A stretch of DNA of 64,000 bases, from the IMG/VR virus record IMGVR_UViG_3300025646_005482, positions 32,001 to 96,000 of that record; one strand, written 5' to 3'. Source of the stretch: a virus. Both the position numbers and the translations under genes were made by a program. Positions 9,191-19,097 of this stretch are shown here, in pieces. A model generated the notes under the pieces. It did no database searches. It worked only from the letters and a program-made list of their open reading frames with translations, and was not told where the DNA came from. Each line of letters starts with the position of its first letter. Within the stretch, counting starts at the first letter, position 1.

Positions 9191-9744
9191 ACAGATTTAA
9201 GATTGAAAAAACACCACAGCAATGCGCTCAGTCACATTGCGACAAACACGTACCAAAGATGTACGTCGAGGAAGGACAGATGCTATCGACTGTGCATCGT
9301 CTTCTCGATGGTACTGAGGAGCGTCGACCTTCAAAGTCAGGTAAGACTATGCAACGATATTGGAAATTGCCTGACGAGCGCGAGGACGTTCTCTATGCGG
9401 CCGTACATGTAAAACATCCGTGTACACTATGGGCAATGGAAACGGCAGGTAACTATCAGTGGGCATATCAGATGTTCCTCTACCTCGGCATCGAGTACAA
9501 CTACCGCTACAACAAGTACCACAAGACAGACGAGCTTGATGGTTGGTTGTGTTATCCTCCCAGCAATATCAATCCTTCTCAAGAAGTGACTCCGATGCCA
9601 CTTGCAATGGGTGCCAATCCAGAGTGCATCAATCCTGACGACGTGATTGGTTCTTATCGTGCATTCTATCAGAAGAAGCAACATCGCTTCAATATGGTAT
9701 GGACAAAGCGGCCTGTACCTCACTGGTTCGAATACGCTGCATGA
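9187..9744 (+). CDS. Pyrimidine-dimer DNA glycosylase/DenV-like family protein
   Basis: HCDKHVPKM..E..QMLST, HPCTLW, EYNYRYNKYHK, YRAFY, WTKRPVPHW. Confidence 0.7.
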   Translation: MNRFKIEKTPQQCAQSHCDKHVPKMYVEEGQMLSTVHRLLDGTEERRPSKSGKTMQRYWKLPDEREDVLYAAVHVKHPCTLWAMETAGNYQWAYQMFLYLGIEYNYRYNKYHKTDELDGWLCYPPSNINPSQEVTPMPLAMGANPECINPDDVIGSYRAFYQKKQHRFNMVWTKRPVPHWFEYAA

Positions 9745-9772
9745 TAAATAGTCCTATCGATAGGAGATAGGA
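9743..9772 (+). promoter_or_regulatory. Late promoter variant plus RBS-occluding hairpin
   Basis: GATAAATA 9743-9750; TCCTATC 9752-9758 is complementary to GATAGGA at 9759-9765 and 9766-9772. Confidence 0.6.
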
Positions 9773-9775
9773 TTC

Positions 9776-11119
9776 ATGGCTCTAGGCAAGCTTACACCAG
9801 CAGAACTCATCAAGAAAAATAGTAATACGGGCGAGCAGCGTATAGACATTCTCGAGAATGCTATCAAGAAAGGTGTCGCCCTTCCTCTCGTTGACGGTAG
9901 TGAAGTAGTACTCGAAAACTCTAAAGAAAACTTAGATGCGGTCGAAGGTTTCAAAACCGCTGGCAAAGCTTTCGATTTAAAAGTAAAAACTGGTCAAAGA
10001 GTTATCAAATCATCTGATATCGGCAAGTCACCTCTTTTTGGAGGAGGTATAGGCGGTGCAGGTGGTGGTACACAACAAACTGCGATCGTAGAATCAATGC
10101 AGTGTGTTTATCTGCAGGCGATGTTAGATAATCCAAATCAGAATATCGAGTTTTTCACACCGTCAGTGATGAAAAAAGCATATGCTAGGTGCGAAGTAGG
10201 TGGTACTACATTCGACGAGATTCGAGACTTTGATCCGAGTTGGCACGTATCAGCATTCTTATCTGCTGAGATCATTATCAAAAATGGTTATGTCAATAAG
10301 AATCAAGTCTTTCATCGCGATTCAAATACGATGAAGAAGATCTACGCTATGAAGAAAGAGGCATTCAAAAATTCTGGCCTTGACATTCTGACTGATGACA
10401 AGTGGAATCCCGGTGATATATGGGCAGTCGATAAAAACTTTGACGTCAGTAAGATGCGAACCCGCACTATACAAGAATACAACGAAGATATTCTAATGGC
10501 TTTTAAGAGCAGAAAATGTGTTGGTATATCATTGAAGCTAGTAAAAAGAAATGCACGTTTATCTGTATTGAACGACTCAAACGCGCGCCCATCTACACTC
10601 AAATACATAGAATCAAAGACACAAGGTCAACAACGCAATAATACTTTCTACTCTTCTAAAGGCGGTCAGATCATATATTCAGACGGCAAGATGGAGTGTA
10701 GACCAAATTCTCAGTTAGCTGTTATCAAAGCAGAGATTTTAGGCAAGACAGCGAGAGGTGGAGGTGCGAGTTGGGGCGTCATATCAGATATCGTCAAAGA
10801 TGTTGCTAATATAACATTGCCCAATAACTCTGCTATCGTTAACGCAGCAAAAGCAATGAAGCGCGGTGATAAGACAGCGATCAATAAGTTCTGGTTAGAT
10901 GCTAAATTAATTAACAGCAATATCAAAGAAGCAGAATTTAAAGATCAAGTCCCAAAATGTGAGTTAGATTGGATACACGGTAAATATGGTGTATGTACTT
11001 TGTTGAGTACTTTGCAAAGAACAAAAGGTGCTAAAGCAAACGAGATAGTTAACTCTATTCACAACTATGCTGGTAGTCAATCAAAATTATCCAGTGTATA
11101 TGTTAAGGTTTACGAATGA
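9776..11119 (+). CDS. Putative PD-(D/E)XK-like nuclease-fold protein
   Basis: E.MQC...DKWNPGDIW...GISLK arrangement. Confidence 0.45.
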   Translation: MALGKLTPAELIKKNSNTGEQRIDILENAIKKGVALPLVDGSEVVLENSKENLDAVEGFKTAGKAFDLKVKTGQRVIKSSDIGKSPLFGGGIGGAGGGTQQTAIVESMQCVYLQAMLDNPNQNIEFFTPSVMKKAYARCEVGGTTFDEIRDFDPSWHVSAFLSAEIIIKNGYVNKNQVFHRDSNTMKKIYAMKKEAFKNSGLDILTDDKWNPGDIWAVDKNFDVSKMRTRTIQEYNEDILMAFKSRKCVGISLKLVKRNARLSVLNDSNARPSTLKYIESKTQGQQRNNTFYSSKGGQIIYSDGKMECRPNSQLAVIKAEILGKTARGGGASWGVISDIVKDVANITLPNNSAIVNAAKAMKRGDKTAINKFWLDAKLINSNIKEAEFKDQVPKCELDWIHGKYGVCTLLSTLQRTKGAKANEIVNSIHNYAGSQSKLSSVYVKVYE

Positions 11120-12345
11120 AAAAGTTTGATAAGTATATAGTAGAAGCTAAAAATACACACATGGAACATGTGGAGGATCTGATATTCAATGAAGGCGTGG
11201 TTGGTACTAGAAAGGCTATTAATTTCTTACGTGATCTCAGAGATATGCTTGCTGGTAGCAGCAAAAGTAGAATCTCTCGCACCGTTAAATGGGACGGCGC
11301 TCCGGCTGTATTCGCGGGCATTGATCCATCAGACGGAAAGTTTTTCGTCGCTAAAAAGGGAGTATTCAATAAGAATCCTAAAGTCTATAAGACTCCCGCT
11401 GACGTTAAGGCTGATACTAGCGGGGATCTCCAGGCTAAACTACTTGTATCACTCGCCGAATTTAGTAAACTCGGAATCAAAAAAGGTGTATATCAAGGAG
11501 ACTTGATGTTCACAGGCAACGATGTGAAGAAAGAGGATATCGATGGTCAGTCTTATTATACTTTCCAACCTAATACTATTGTTTACGCTGTTCCTGTGGA
11601 CAGTAATCTTGGACGACAGATCGCTCGCGCGAAGATCGGCATCGTATGGCATACCACTTACACTGGTAATTCTTTTGAGTCTATGTCTGCTAGTTTTGGA
11701 AAAGACATCGCTTCTACCTTTAATAATGTAGCAAGCATTTGGCAGACAGACGCCACATATAGAGATGAATCAGGTCGTGCTACATTCACCGAGAAAGAAA
11801 CAGAACAAGTCACAAATTTACTTGCTTCTGTTGGTCGTGTATTCAATAGTACGCCAGCCGATCTCATTAACTATTGGCATGAAAATCCTAAGTTACTCGA
11901 GCTCGTGAAGATATTCAATAATAGTTACGTACGTCAAGGAAAGAGAATTAATCCTCGGACACATACACAAGCATTCATGAACTGGATGACAGATAGATAT
12001 AAGAAAGAAATGGATAAAGTGAAGACTCCTGCCGCGAAAGCAAAGAAGAAGGCAGAGATGAAAGAGACAATGAGAATATTCAGTAAGTTCAACAAAGGTC
12101 AGATTCAGAATGTGTGGACGCTGATGGTACTTCTGTCGGACGCCAAACAGATGATTATAAATAAAATGAATCAAGCTGGTTCACTACGTACATTCTTGCG
12201 AACACGCAACGGATTTAAAGTGACAGCACCAGAGGGTTTCTGCGCTATCGACCACCTCAGCAATGATGCAGTGAAGATAGTAGACAGAATGGAATTTAGT
12301 AAAGCAAACTTTAGTCCCGATATTATTAAGGGTTGGCAAAGATAA
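11116..12345 (+). CDS. Conserved T4-like protein (DUF6267-like) with ligase-type KxDG motif and CTS-like N-terminus
   Basis: MKKFDKYIVEA; KNTHMEHVED; TVKWDGAPA; QGDLMF; PEGF; KIVDRMEFS. Confidence 0.65.
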   Translation: MKKFDKYIVEAKNTHMEHVEDLIFNEGVVGTRKAINFLRDLRDMLAGSSKSRISRTVKWDGAPAVFAGIDPSDGKFFVAKKGVFNKNPKVYKTPADVKADTSGDLQAKLLVSLAEFSKLGIKKGVYQGDLMFTGNDVKKEDIDGQSYYTFQPNTIVYAVPVDSNLGRQIARAKIGIVWHTTYTGNSFESMSASFGKDIASTFNNVASIWQTDATYRDESGRATFTEKETEQVTNLLASVGRVFNSTPADLINYWHENPKLLELVKIFNNSYVRQGKRINPRTHTQAFMNWMTDRYKKEMDKVKTPAAKAKKKAEMKETMRIFSKFNKGQIQNVWTLMVLLSDAKQMIINKMNQAGSLRTFLRTRNGFKVTAPEGFCAIDHLSNDAVKIVDRMEFSKANFSPDIIKGWQR

Positions 12346-12349
12346 CAAA

Positions 12350-13051
12350 ATGATTGATATAGTATGTTTTAAGTGGGGTGACAAGTTCGGTCCAGCATAT
12401 GTAAATAGACTAGCTGCAGCGATTGAAAGACATGTGACTGTTCCGCATCGTTTTATTTGCTATACTGATAATCCTTATGGTGTGAAATGCGAAACACGCC
12501 CATTCATCACCAATCTCCCGTATTGGTGGTACATCATCGGTCTAACTAATCCAGACCACGATCATTCAGAAAAAACAATCTATATGGATCTCGATACTAT
12601 CATCACCAAAAACATTGATGATATCGTATCTCTTGACGTGCCATTTGCAACTATCAGTGATTTCTATGCCACTAGCGGATTACAAACTGCTTATATTATG
12701 TGGAATAAGGAAGTAGGTAAAAAGATCTGGGACTTTTTCACAAGCAAATATCAGCCAGAAGATTATGAAAAGCTATGTAGATCTGCAACAGGTGGCACTA
12801 ATAAATTCTTAGAGGAATGTATGGGTGTCAGACGACTAAATAAAAATCCAAATGCTGGTGTCCCAGGTGTGGTAGTCAACAGATTACAAGATCATTTTCC
12901 TGGTAGTTGCATCAGTTATAAAGTTCATGTAGTAAAACAAAACATGCAAACATTACCTGACAACACACGAATGGTATTTTTCCATGGTAAACCAATGCCT
13001 CATGAAGTAAAAGCAGATTGGATGAACGAACATTGGAGAGATTTACCTTGA
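12350..13051 (+). CDS. GT-A fold glycosyltransferase
   Basis: VCFKWGDKF...YVNRL, YMDLD (DxD), FFHGKPMPH. Confidence 0.75.
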   Translation: MIDIVCFKWGDKFGPAYVNRLAAAIERHVTVPHRFICYTDNPYGVKCETRPFITNLPYWWYIIGLTNPDHDHSEKTIYMDLDTIITKNIDDIVSLDVPFATISDFYATSGLQTAYIMWNKEVGKKIWDFFTSKYQPEDYEKLCRSATGGTNKFLEECMGVRRLNKNPNAGVPGVVVNRLQDHFPGSCISYKVHVVKQNMQTLPDNTRMVFFHGKPMPHEVKADWMNEHWRDLP

Positions 13052-13971
13052 AAGTTATAACAAGCGCAACTCCTGAATTTTTGCCTGGTGTACAAGCACT
13101 CAGAAATAGTTTGAAGATTCATCATCCCGATGCAGAGTTATGGTGTTTTTACTATTCAAAAGGTCAAGATGTCGAATTACCGACTGATGTAAATTACATA
13201 CACGAAGCAAAGCACTTAGGTCCACTCATCGATGATGGTAAAACATTTAGACACGGTTTACCACTCGGACCTGACATGTACGCACGTATTTTAATACCCA
13301 ACTATTTTGATTCTGGTCGTGTATTCTATGTTGATGCTGATTGTCTGATACTCAACGATATATCAGAATTGTGGACGATGGATTTACAGGGTTATCCAAC
13401 TGCTTGCGTATATAGACCAGATATTGGATGGCATGCTGGTGGTAGAGAATGGACGATGGCGTCCGGTACTTTCCTTTGTGATGTAGAAGCCTGGAAACTT
13501 TTTAGGTTGATTACTGATAGAAAACACCATGAAGGTCTGACTGAATACATGTATGACGTGATGGAATATGATGCACAAGAACTAAAAAGATTCAATCTAA
13601 ATGTAGAGAGCGTAATGAGTTATGCTCATGATGGAAAATTTTTGCACCTCGATGCAGCATATCAAAATCTGACATATTATGGTTGTTTGGTCAAAGATGA
13701 TAAAGTAGCACATTATGCAGGTCCCAAACCATGGTTAATCGAAGATCATACTGATAAGAATCGTGATGTCAATTATAGAGAATTGTGGTTAGCATATTAT
13801 GATAAAGATTTAGAGATGATCAAGAAATTGACAGACGAGCTACCACAAGCTCGAGCTCAAAATGCTATGACAAAAGCAAATCGAAATCATAGACCATTTT
13901 TGTCGAACGAACAATTAGAAAAAGTCAACAACAGATTTTTAGAAATCTATAATAGAGTACAAGGAAAATAA
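13048..13971 (+). CDS. GT8-like glycosyltransferase
   Basis: YARILIP, YVDADCL, DISELW, HYAGPKPW; TTG start with SD GGAG. Confidence 0.85.
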   Translation: MKVITSATPEFLPGVQALRNSLKIHHPDAELWCFYYSKGQDVELPTDVNYIHEAKHLGPLIDDGKTFRHGLPLGPDMYARILIPNYFDSGRVFYVDADCLILNDISELWTMDLQGYPTACVYRPDIGWHAGGREWTMASGTFLCDVEAWKLFRLITDRKHHEGLTEYMYDVMEYDAQELKRFNLNVESVMSYAHDGKFLHLDAAYQNLTYYGCLVKDDKVAHYAGPKPWLIEDHTDKNRDVNYRELWLAYYDKDLEMIKKLTDELPQARAQNAMTKANRNHRPFLSNEQLEKVNNRFLEIYNRVQGK

Positions 13972-13972
13972 T

Positions 13973-14887
13973 ATGAAAATTTTAGTTACAGGCGGTGCAG
14001 GCTTTATCGGTCAATACACCGTAGAAAAATGTATCGAAAGAGGTCATGAGCCATTTATCTTTGATCACTATGATCGCAAAGAAGAATATCCTTGTCCTGT
14101 TATTCTGGGAGATGTACGCGATGACGTAGCAGTCACAGAGGCGATGGCACATGCTGATGCTTGGATTCACCTCGCTGCCGTTCTCGGTACACAAGAAACA
14201 GTATTCAATCCACGACCTGCCGCACAGTCAAATCTGATGGGCGGTTTGAATATGCTCGAAGCTGCAGTTCAGTATGATTTGCCTGGTACCTACATCGGTG
14301 TAGGTAATCATTGGATGAACAACACATATTCTATCACGAAGACAATGATTGAACGATTCATTGATATGTACAATAAGAATCGTGGCACTCGTGTCAACAT
14401 CGTACGTGCAATGAATGCATACGGACCTCGCCAGCGACCCGTTGCTCCGTGGGGTTGTAGTAAAGTACGTAAGATTACACCATCATTTGCATGCCGCGCG
14501 CTGTCAGGTATGGACGTAGAGGTCTATGGTGACGGTCAGCAAGTATCTGATATGTGTTGGGTTGGTGATGTTGCACATGCTTTGGTTGTTGCGACCGAAA
14601 AAGCTGCAGCCGGTACTATTTTTCCTGAAGCTGTTGAAGTTGGACCTGAGATCAATAGCACTGTTCAAGAAGTTGCCGAATTGATCATTAGTCTAGCTGG
14701 CACTGACGCCAAATTGGTAAATCTACCAATGAGACCAGGCGAAATCGCTGGTTCCACTGTTGCTGCTGATGTTAACACTCTGCGATACGTGGATATGTCT
14801 GTCGATGATTTGATGCCTCTTGAAGAAGGTATGAAACAAACAGTTGAGTTTTTCAGAGAGTTAGTTGCGCAGACGAATGATTCCTAA
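13973..14887 (+). CDS. NAD-dependent epimerase/dehydratase
   Basis: TGGAGFIG, HLAA, YSITK (YxxxK), NAYGP, GDGQQ. Confidence 0.93.
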   Translation: MKILVTGGAGFIGQYTVEKCIERGHEPFIFDHYDRKEEYPCPVILGDVRDDVAVTEAMAHADAWIHLAAVLGTQETVFNPRPAAQSNLMGGLNMLEAAVQYDLPGTYIGVGNHWMNNTYSITKTMIERFIDMYNKNRGTRVNIVRAMNAYGPRQRPVAPWGCSKVRKITPSFACRALSGMDVEVYGDGQQVSDMCWVGDVAHALVVATEKAAAGTIFPEAVEVGPEINSTVQEVAELIISLAGTDAKLVNLPMRPGEIAGSTVAADVNTLRYVDMSVDDLMPLEEGMKQTVEFFRELVAQTNDS

Positions 14888-15425
14888 TGGTTCTATCAGT
14901 GTAGTAGGTAATTCGCAAAGTCTTTTTGGCAAGGGTTATGGACCTCAAATCGATCAACATACTACTATTCGTTTTAATCATATACCGTCTCTCGACCCTG
15001 TACATCAGGGAGTCAGATGGGATTACATGGCGACAAGTAATCCGAGAGAAATAAAGAAATGGAATAACCACGACGGTGAATTACCATTTAAAAATTTCTT
15101 TTTTACACCATGGGCAGCATCTGAAGAGAGACATCACAATGCTCGTAAATGGCAGACACCGATGTATGCTACACCGAGAGAGGTATGGGAAGAAGTTCAA
15201 CAAATAACTAAAGCTCGACCATCAACCGGCATTTTAGTACTTTATACGTTGTATAAATTGGGTTTAGAAGACGTTCATATATTTGGTTTTGATTGGAAAG
15301 CAACACCAACATATTATAATGATCCGATAAAAGAAAAAGGTGAAAGCAAAATGCATGATTATGTTGACGAACGTAAGATATGTATGGAGCTGATCAGTAA
15401 AAACAATTGGAAGTATCATGTGTGA
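14877..15425 (+). CDS. GT29 (sialyltransferase-like) protein
   Basis: VVGNS...IDQHTTIRFN; RPSTG; IFGFD; terminal H..E motif. Confidence 0.65.
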   Translation: MIPNGSISVVGNSQSLFGKGYGPQIDQHTTIRFNHIPSLDPVHQGVRWDYMATSNPREIKKWNNHDGELPFKNFFFTPWAASEERHHNARKWQTPMYATPREVWEEVQQITKARPSTGILVLYTLYKLGLEDVHIFGFDWKATPTYYNDPIKEKGESKMHDYVDERKICMELISKNNWKYHV

Positions 15426-16105
15426 AAACCTATATACTCTATCACAATCATCCTAAATCTATCCAGTATTCGAAAGAAGCAGCCAAAAGTTGTGATGATT
15501 TAGGAATACCGTACGAATTGTTTGAGGGTTATGGTAATATCATGTCTGCAGACGCTGCAAGAGATTTAGGTGTAATATCTGATCCAAATATCAAAGACAA
15601 ATATGACATTAATCATACTAGAAATAAAGCATCGTTATGCAGTCTGAGTCATGCCGCAATATGGAAAAAAATGGCTGAAGAAGAGCATGATGCAATCATA
15701 CTTGAACACGATGCTATCATGCTGTATAAATTTGAATTGAATATACCAGAAGGAGAAATTGTACAGCTGGGATATAAGGTAAATAATATAAAATCGTATG
15801 ATCATTTAGCTGCAGGTAAACCAAAAAATTTAACAGCAATTACGACTCACTGTGGTTCACATGCATATGCGTTAACTCATGGTTCAGCTAAAATATTGTG
15901 GGAAGGTGTAAAACACAGAAAAGGAACAGGCTGCATAGATCAACATGTTATGCAAACTAAAAAGTATAGACAGAATTTAAGCATGAGTATTGCTGATCCT
16001 ATCTGTGCTTTAGGTTGGTTGAGAGAATCAACGATCTGGAATAAAGCTTCAAGGACAAATAAAACATTTATATCCAGTTTTGGAAATTATTATGAAAGCA
16101 AATAG
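15422..16105 (+). CDS. GT25-like glycosyltransferase, paralog 1
   Basis: CSLSHAAIWKK, IILEHDA, GSHAYALT. Confidence 0.7.
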   Translation: MKTYILYHNHPKSIQYSKEAAKSCDDLGIPYELFEGYGNIMSADAARDLGVISDPNIKDKYDINHTRNKASLCSLSHAAIWKKMAEEEHDAIILEHDAIMLYKFELNIPEGEIVQLGYKVNNIKSYDHLAAGKPKNLTAITTHCGSHAYALTHGSAKILWEGVKHRKGTGCIDQHVMQTKKYRQNLSMSIADPICALGWLRESTIWNKASRTNKTFISSFGNYYESK

Positions 16106-16847
16106 AGCATATATTTTAAAAACAAATCATGTCAAATCAACAGAGTATGCCGCTGATGTAGCGAGATCATGTGATGATATCGGATTGAAATATGAATATG
16201 TCAATTGGTATCAAGGTCTGCCTGACGAGGCGTGGGCAAATACAGGAGTGGCTAAACCTCCAAAAATAAGTGGTAGTCCTGCAGCTCAATGTTGTTTTAG
16301 TGGTCATTTGGCTATTTGGAAAAAGATTTTAGATAGTGGAGAAGCTGGCATCGTACTAGAACATGATGGTATGATGCTTCATTATCCTGATATCGACATA
16401 TTAGATGATTTCATCGTTCTGATGGGATATAAACTAAGAGATCCAAATCAATATGATCATAAGTTAGCAGGACCTCCTGTCGAGATTGTTGATGTGAAAG
16501 GTGCGGGTCATGAGGGTTCACACGCGTATGCGCTAACACCACACACAGCAGATCGACTTATCAATGAAGTATTAGAACAAGGCGCATCAGGCGCCATCGA
16601 TAATAGATACTTTTTAAAATCTAGAAAATCAAAGATAGGTTTGAAGATTATGTCGCCTACACCTGCTATCGGCTGGATTCGTGATTCTACTATTCAATCA
16701 AGAGGTCATTCAGCTGATCGTAATTACGAATTCATAGAAAGTTTTCAAAAATATTTTAATAAAGGTCAGAATCCACAACAGCCCAATCGTAAAAAAGTTC
16801 CTGATGGACATATGAATGCTATGGCTGGGAGTTCTTCACTTTCATAA
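16092..16847 (+). CDS. GT25-like glycosyltransferase, paralog 2
   Basis: CFSGHLAIWKK, IVLEHDG, GSHAYALT; aligns with 15422-16105. Confidence 0.7.
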   Translation: MKANRAYILKTNHVKSTEYAADVARSCDDIGLKYEYVNWYQGLPDEAWANTGVAKPPKISGSPAAQCCFSGHLAIWKKILDSGEAGIVLEHDGMMLHYPDIDILDDFIVLMGYKLRDPNQYDHKLAGPPVEIVDVKGAGHEGSHAYALTPHTADRLINEVLEQGASGAIDNRYFLKSRKSKIGLKIMSPTPAIGWIRDSTIQSRGHSADRNYEFIESFQKYFNKGQNPQQPNRKKVPDGHMNAMAGSSSLS

Positions 16848-16850
16848 TTG

Positions 16851-16858
16851 TATAAATA
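16851..16858 (+). promoter_or_regulatory. T4-type late promoter
   Basis: TATAAATA, intergenic. Confidence 0.85.
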
Positions 16859-16864
16859 CCAGTA

Positions 16865-16917
16865 GAAGTTAGGCTGCGGCAGACCTTCGTATAACGGATA
16901 AGGCTAAGGCAATCTCC
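16865..16917 (+). other. Tandem-hairpin 5' leader with repeated loop AGGCTRMGGCAR
   Basis: Motifs at 16871-16882 and 16901-16912, closed by GAAG/CTTC and GGA/TCC. Confidence 0.5.
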
Positions 16918-18279
16918 ATGAAAACTGTAGTCATAGCGTTCGGTCGTATGAATCCTCCTACGATCGGCCACGAAAAATTAGTATCAAAAATACGGACTAC
17001 TGCACGTAAGTATCGTGCGAAGCCTATGCTCTTCTTGTCACATTCACAAGACAAGAAAAAAAATCCTCTCTCATACGAAGACAAAATCCGCTACAGTAAA
17101 AAAGCATTTGGTGCAATGGTAACTAAATCCAATGCACGTACTATTATAGATGTAGCAAAAGACCTTGAGAAACAGTTCGACGAATTAGTTGTTATTGGTG
17201 GTTCGGACCGAGTGTCAGAGTTTCAATCATTATTAGATAGGTATAATGGTAAAGACTATGCTTTCGAAAAGATCACTGTCGTCTCAGCTGGAGAACGTGA
17301 TCCAGACTCAGATGATGTGTCTGGTATGTCAGCATCGAAACTACGATCTCTAGCTCAAACTGGTAAGTTTACAGAGTTTAAGAATGGTCTACCTAAGAAT
17401 CTGCAAAGGGGCAGAGAGGCAAAAGAGATGTACGATACGATAAGAAATGCAGCAGGCATCACTGAAGATATGTCGCTGCAAGAAGTACTCAATATGCAAC
17501 AGCGACTGAAGAAAAAAGCTTTGATGCGTCGACTCAAAGGCAAAATCAAGTTAGGTCGTAGGCGTGCTAAGTTTAGGATTGCGAATCCCGAAAAATTAAG
17601 AAAGAGATCTGCTAAAAAGGCTCGCGAAATCATTCGAGCTCGTATTGCCGGATCTCAAGGCAAAAGTTACAAAGATTTGCCATATGCAGGTCGACAACAA
17701 GTCGATAAACGCGTAGAGAAGAAAAAAGATTTGATCGCACGTCTCGCTAAGCGCATGATGCCTAAAGTCAAGAAGGCAGAGATGGAGCGAGTAAAAAGAA
17801 ATCGTAGCTCGAAGAAAGAAGAGACAGAATTGAATTTGTATCAGATCATCGAACATCTGATCGAAAAGGTAAACATCGAACAAGTTACAGAGAAGGTTGA
17901 GCGTAACCTCCTGAAGAAGAGTGAGAAGCATGGTATCTCATTCGAAGAATTACGCCAGCGTTATATCGATGCCAAAGCAGAATGGGTAATCGAAGACACT
18001 GAGTTGACCGCTGATCAATATGCATTCGATAAGTTGAATCATGATCTCATCAATGAGAAAGGTGAGGATGCAAAAGGTCATAAGCGACCAACAGAAGACG
18101 GTGCAGGATTGACACGAAAAGGTGCAAAAGCACATGGTGTCAAAACTGCAGTCACAACGCCACCATCTAAACTCGACCCCGACGGTGAAGCAGCAGGCAG
18201 ACGAAAGTCTTTCTGTGCTCGCTCACGTAGTTGGACAGGCGAGAGAGGGAAAGCTGCACGACGAAGGTGGAATTGCTAA
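16918..18279 (+). CDS. Cytidylyltransferase/NMNAT-like (HIGH superfamily) domain fused to basic C-terminal modules
   Basis: FGRMNPPTIGH, KNPLS, GSDR, SAGERDPD, MSASKLR; then K/R-rich modules ending RRKSFCAR...RRWNC. Confidence 0.85.
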   Translation: MKTVVIAFGRMNPPTIGHEKLVSKIRTTARKYRAKPMLFLSHSQDKKKNPLSYEDKIRYSKKAFGAMVTKSNARTIIDVAKDLEKQFDELVVIGGSDRVSEFQSLLDRYNGKDYAFEKITVVSAGERDPDSDDVSGMSASKLRSLAQTGKFTEFKNGLPKNLQRGREAKEMYDTIRNAAGITEDMSLQEVLNMQQRLKKKALMRRLKGKIKLGRRRAKFRIANPEKLRKRSAKKAREIIRARIAGSQGKSYKDLPYAGRQQVDKRVEKKKDLIARLAKRMMPKVKKAEMERVKRNRSSKKEETELNLYQIIEHLIEKVNIEQVTEKVERNLLKKSEKHGISFEELRQRYIDAKAEWVIEDTELTADQYAFDKLNHDLINEKGEDAKGHKRPTEDGAGLTRKGAKAHGVKTAVTTPPSKLDPDGEAAGRRKSFCARSRSWTGERGKAARRRWNC

Positions 18280-19082
18280 TGGCAATTTGGAATAAAGACT
18301 CACAAGCGTTTCTGAATAATAATAAGACATTATTCGAAGCTTTTTCAATTGCCGATAAAGACGGTAATATCATGAACACATTTGGTACATCAGCCAATAT
18401 TCCTATTGCTGATGGATCAGTTGCCGGTTATTCAGTAAGAAATATTTTTGGTACTACTGCTGGTGATGCTGACATTGTAACGTCTGAGTTTAGAACACCG
18501 TGGGAACGAGCAAGCAACTATGAGTTTCCATCAGCAGCAAATACGATGTCCTTAGTCAGTACAAGTGGATCTGATACAGCTGTAACAGTTTTGATTTCTG
18601 GACTTGATGAAAACTATCTACCAATTAGCGAAACGAAAACATTGACAGGTACAGCACCGATTACTACAGACAATAGTTATTTTAGAATTAATGACATGAT
18701 TTGTACTGTTGGAAATGCTGTTGGAACTATTACATTATCTATTGGCGCAGATGTTTATTCACAGATTGATCCAGGAAATGGAAGAGATCAAAAAGCAGTA
18801 TATACTGTACCTGCTGGATATTGTTTCTTCTTAACACGAATCGACGCATTTTGTACTGATGCAAATGGTGGTAAGGCAGCACGATTTAGAAACTATTTGC
18901 GCTCTTCAAATGGTAGAGTGTTGAGAGTTGCTGATACAACGTTTTTTGAAAATATGAATATTATGAGACAGGCGCCATTTAAGTACGACCAAAAAACGGA
19001 TATTGAAATGCAATTAAGGTCTTTGTCAGGTTCTACTTTCGGCTCAGTGTTTGCTGAAGGTATACTAGTACAACAAGTATAA
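18279..19082 (+). CDS. Probable virion structural protein (beta-rich)
   Basis: TAATG coupling; Thr/Ser/Gly-rich; GLDENY, FRIN, YTVPAG; in a late operon. Confidence 0.55.
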   Translation: MAIWNKDSQAFLNNNKTLFEAFSIADKDGNIMNTFGTSANIPIADGSVAGYSVRNIFGTTAGDADIVTSEFRTPWERASNYEFPSAANTMSLVSTSGSDTAVTVLISGLDENYLPISETKTLTGTAPITTDNSYFRINDMICTVGNAVGTITLSIGADVYSQIDPGNGRDQKAVYTVPAGYCFFLTRIDAFCTDANGGKAARFRNYLRSSNGRVLRVADTTFFENMNIMRQAPFKYDQKTDIEMQLRSLSGSTFGSVFAEGILVQQV

Positions 19083-19097
19083 CAAACGGACAGATAA

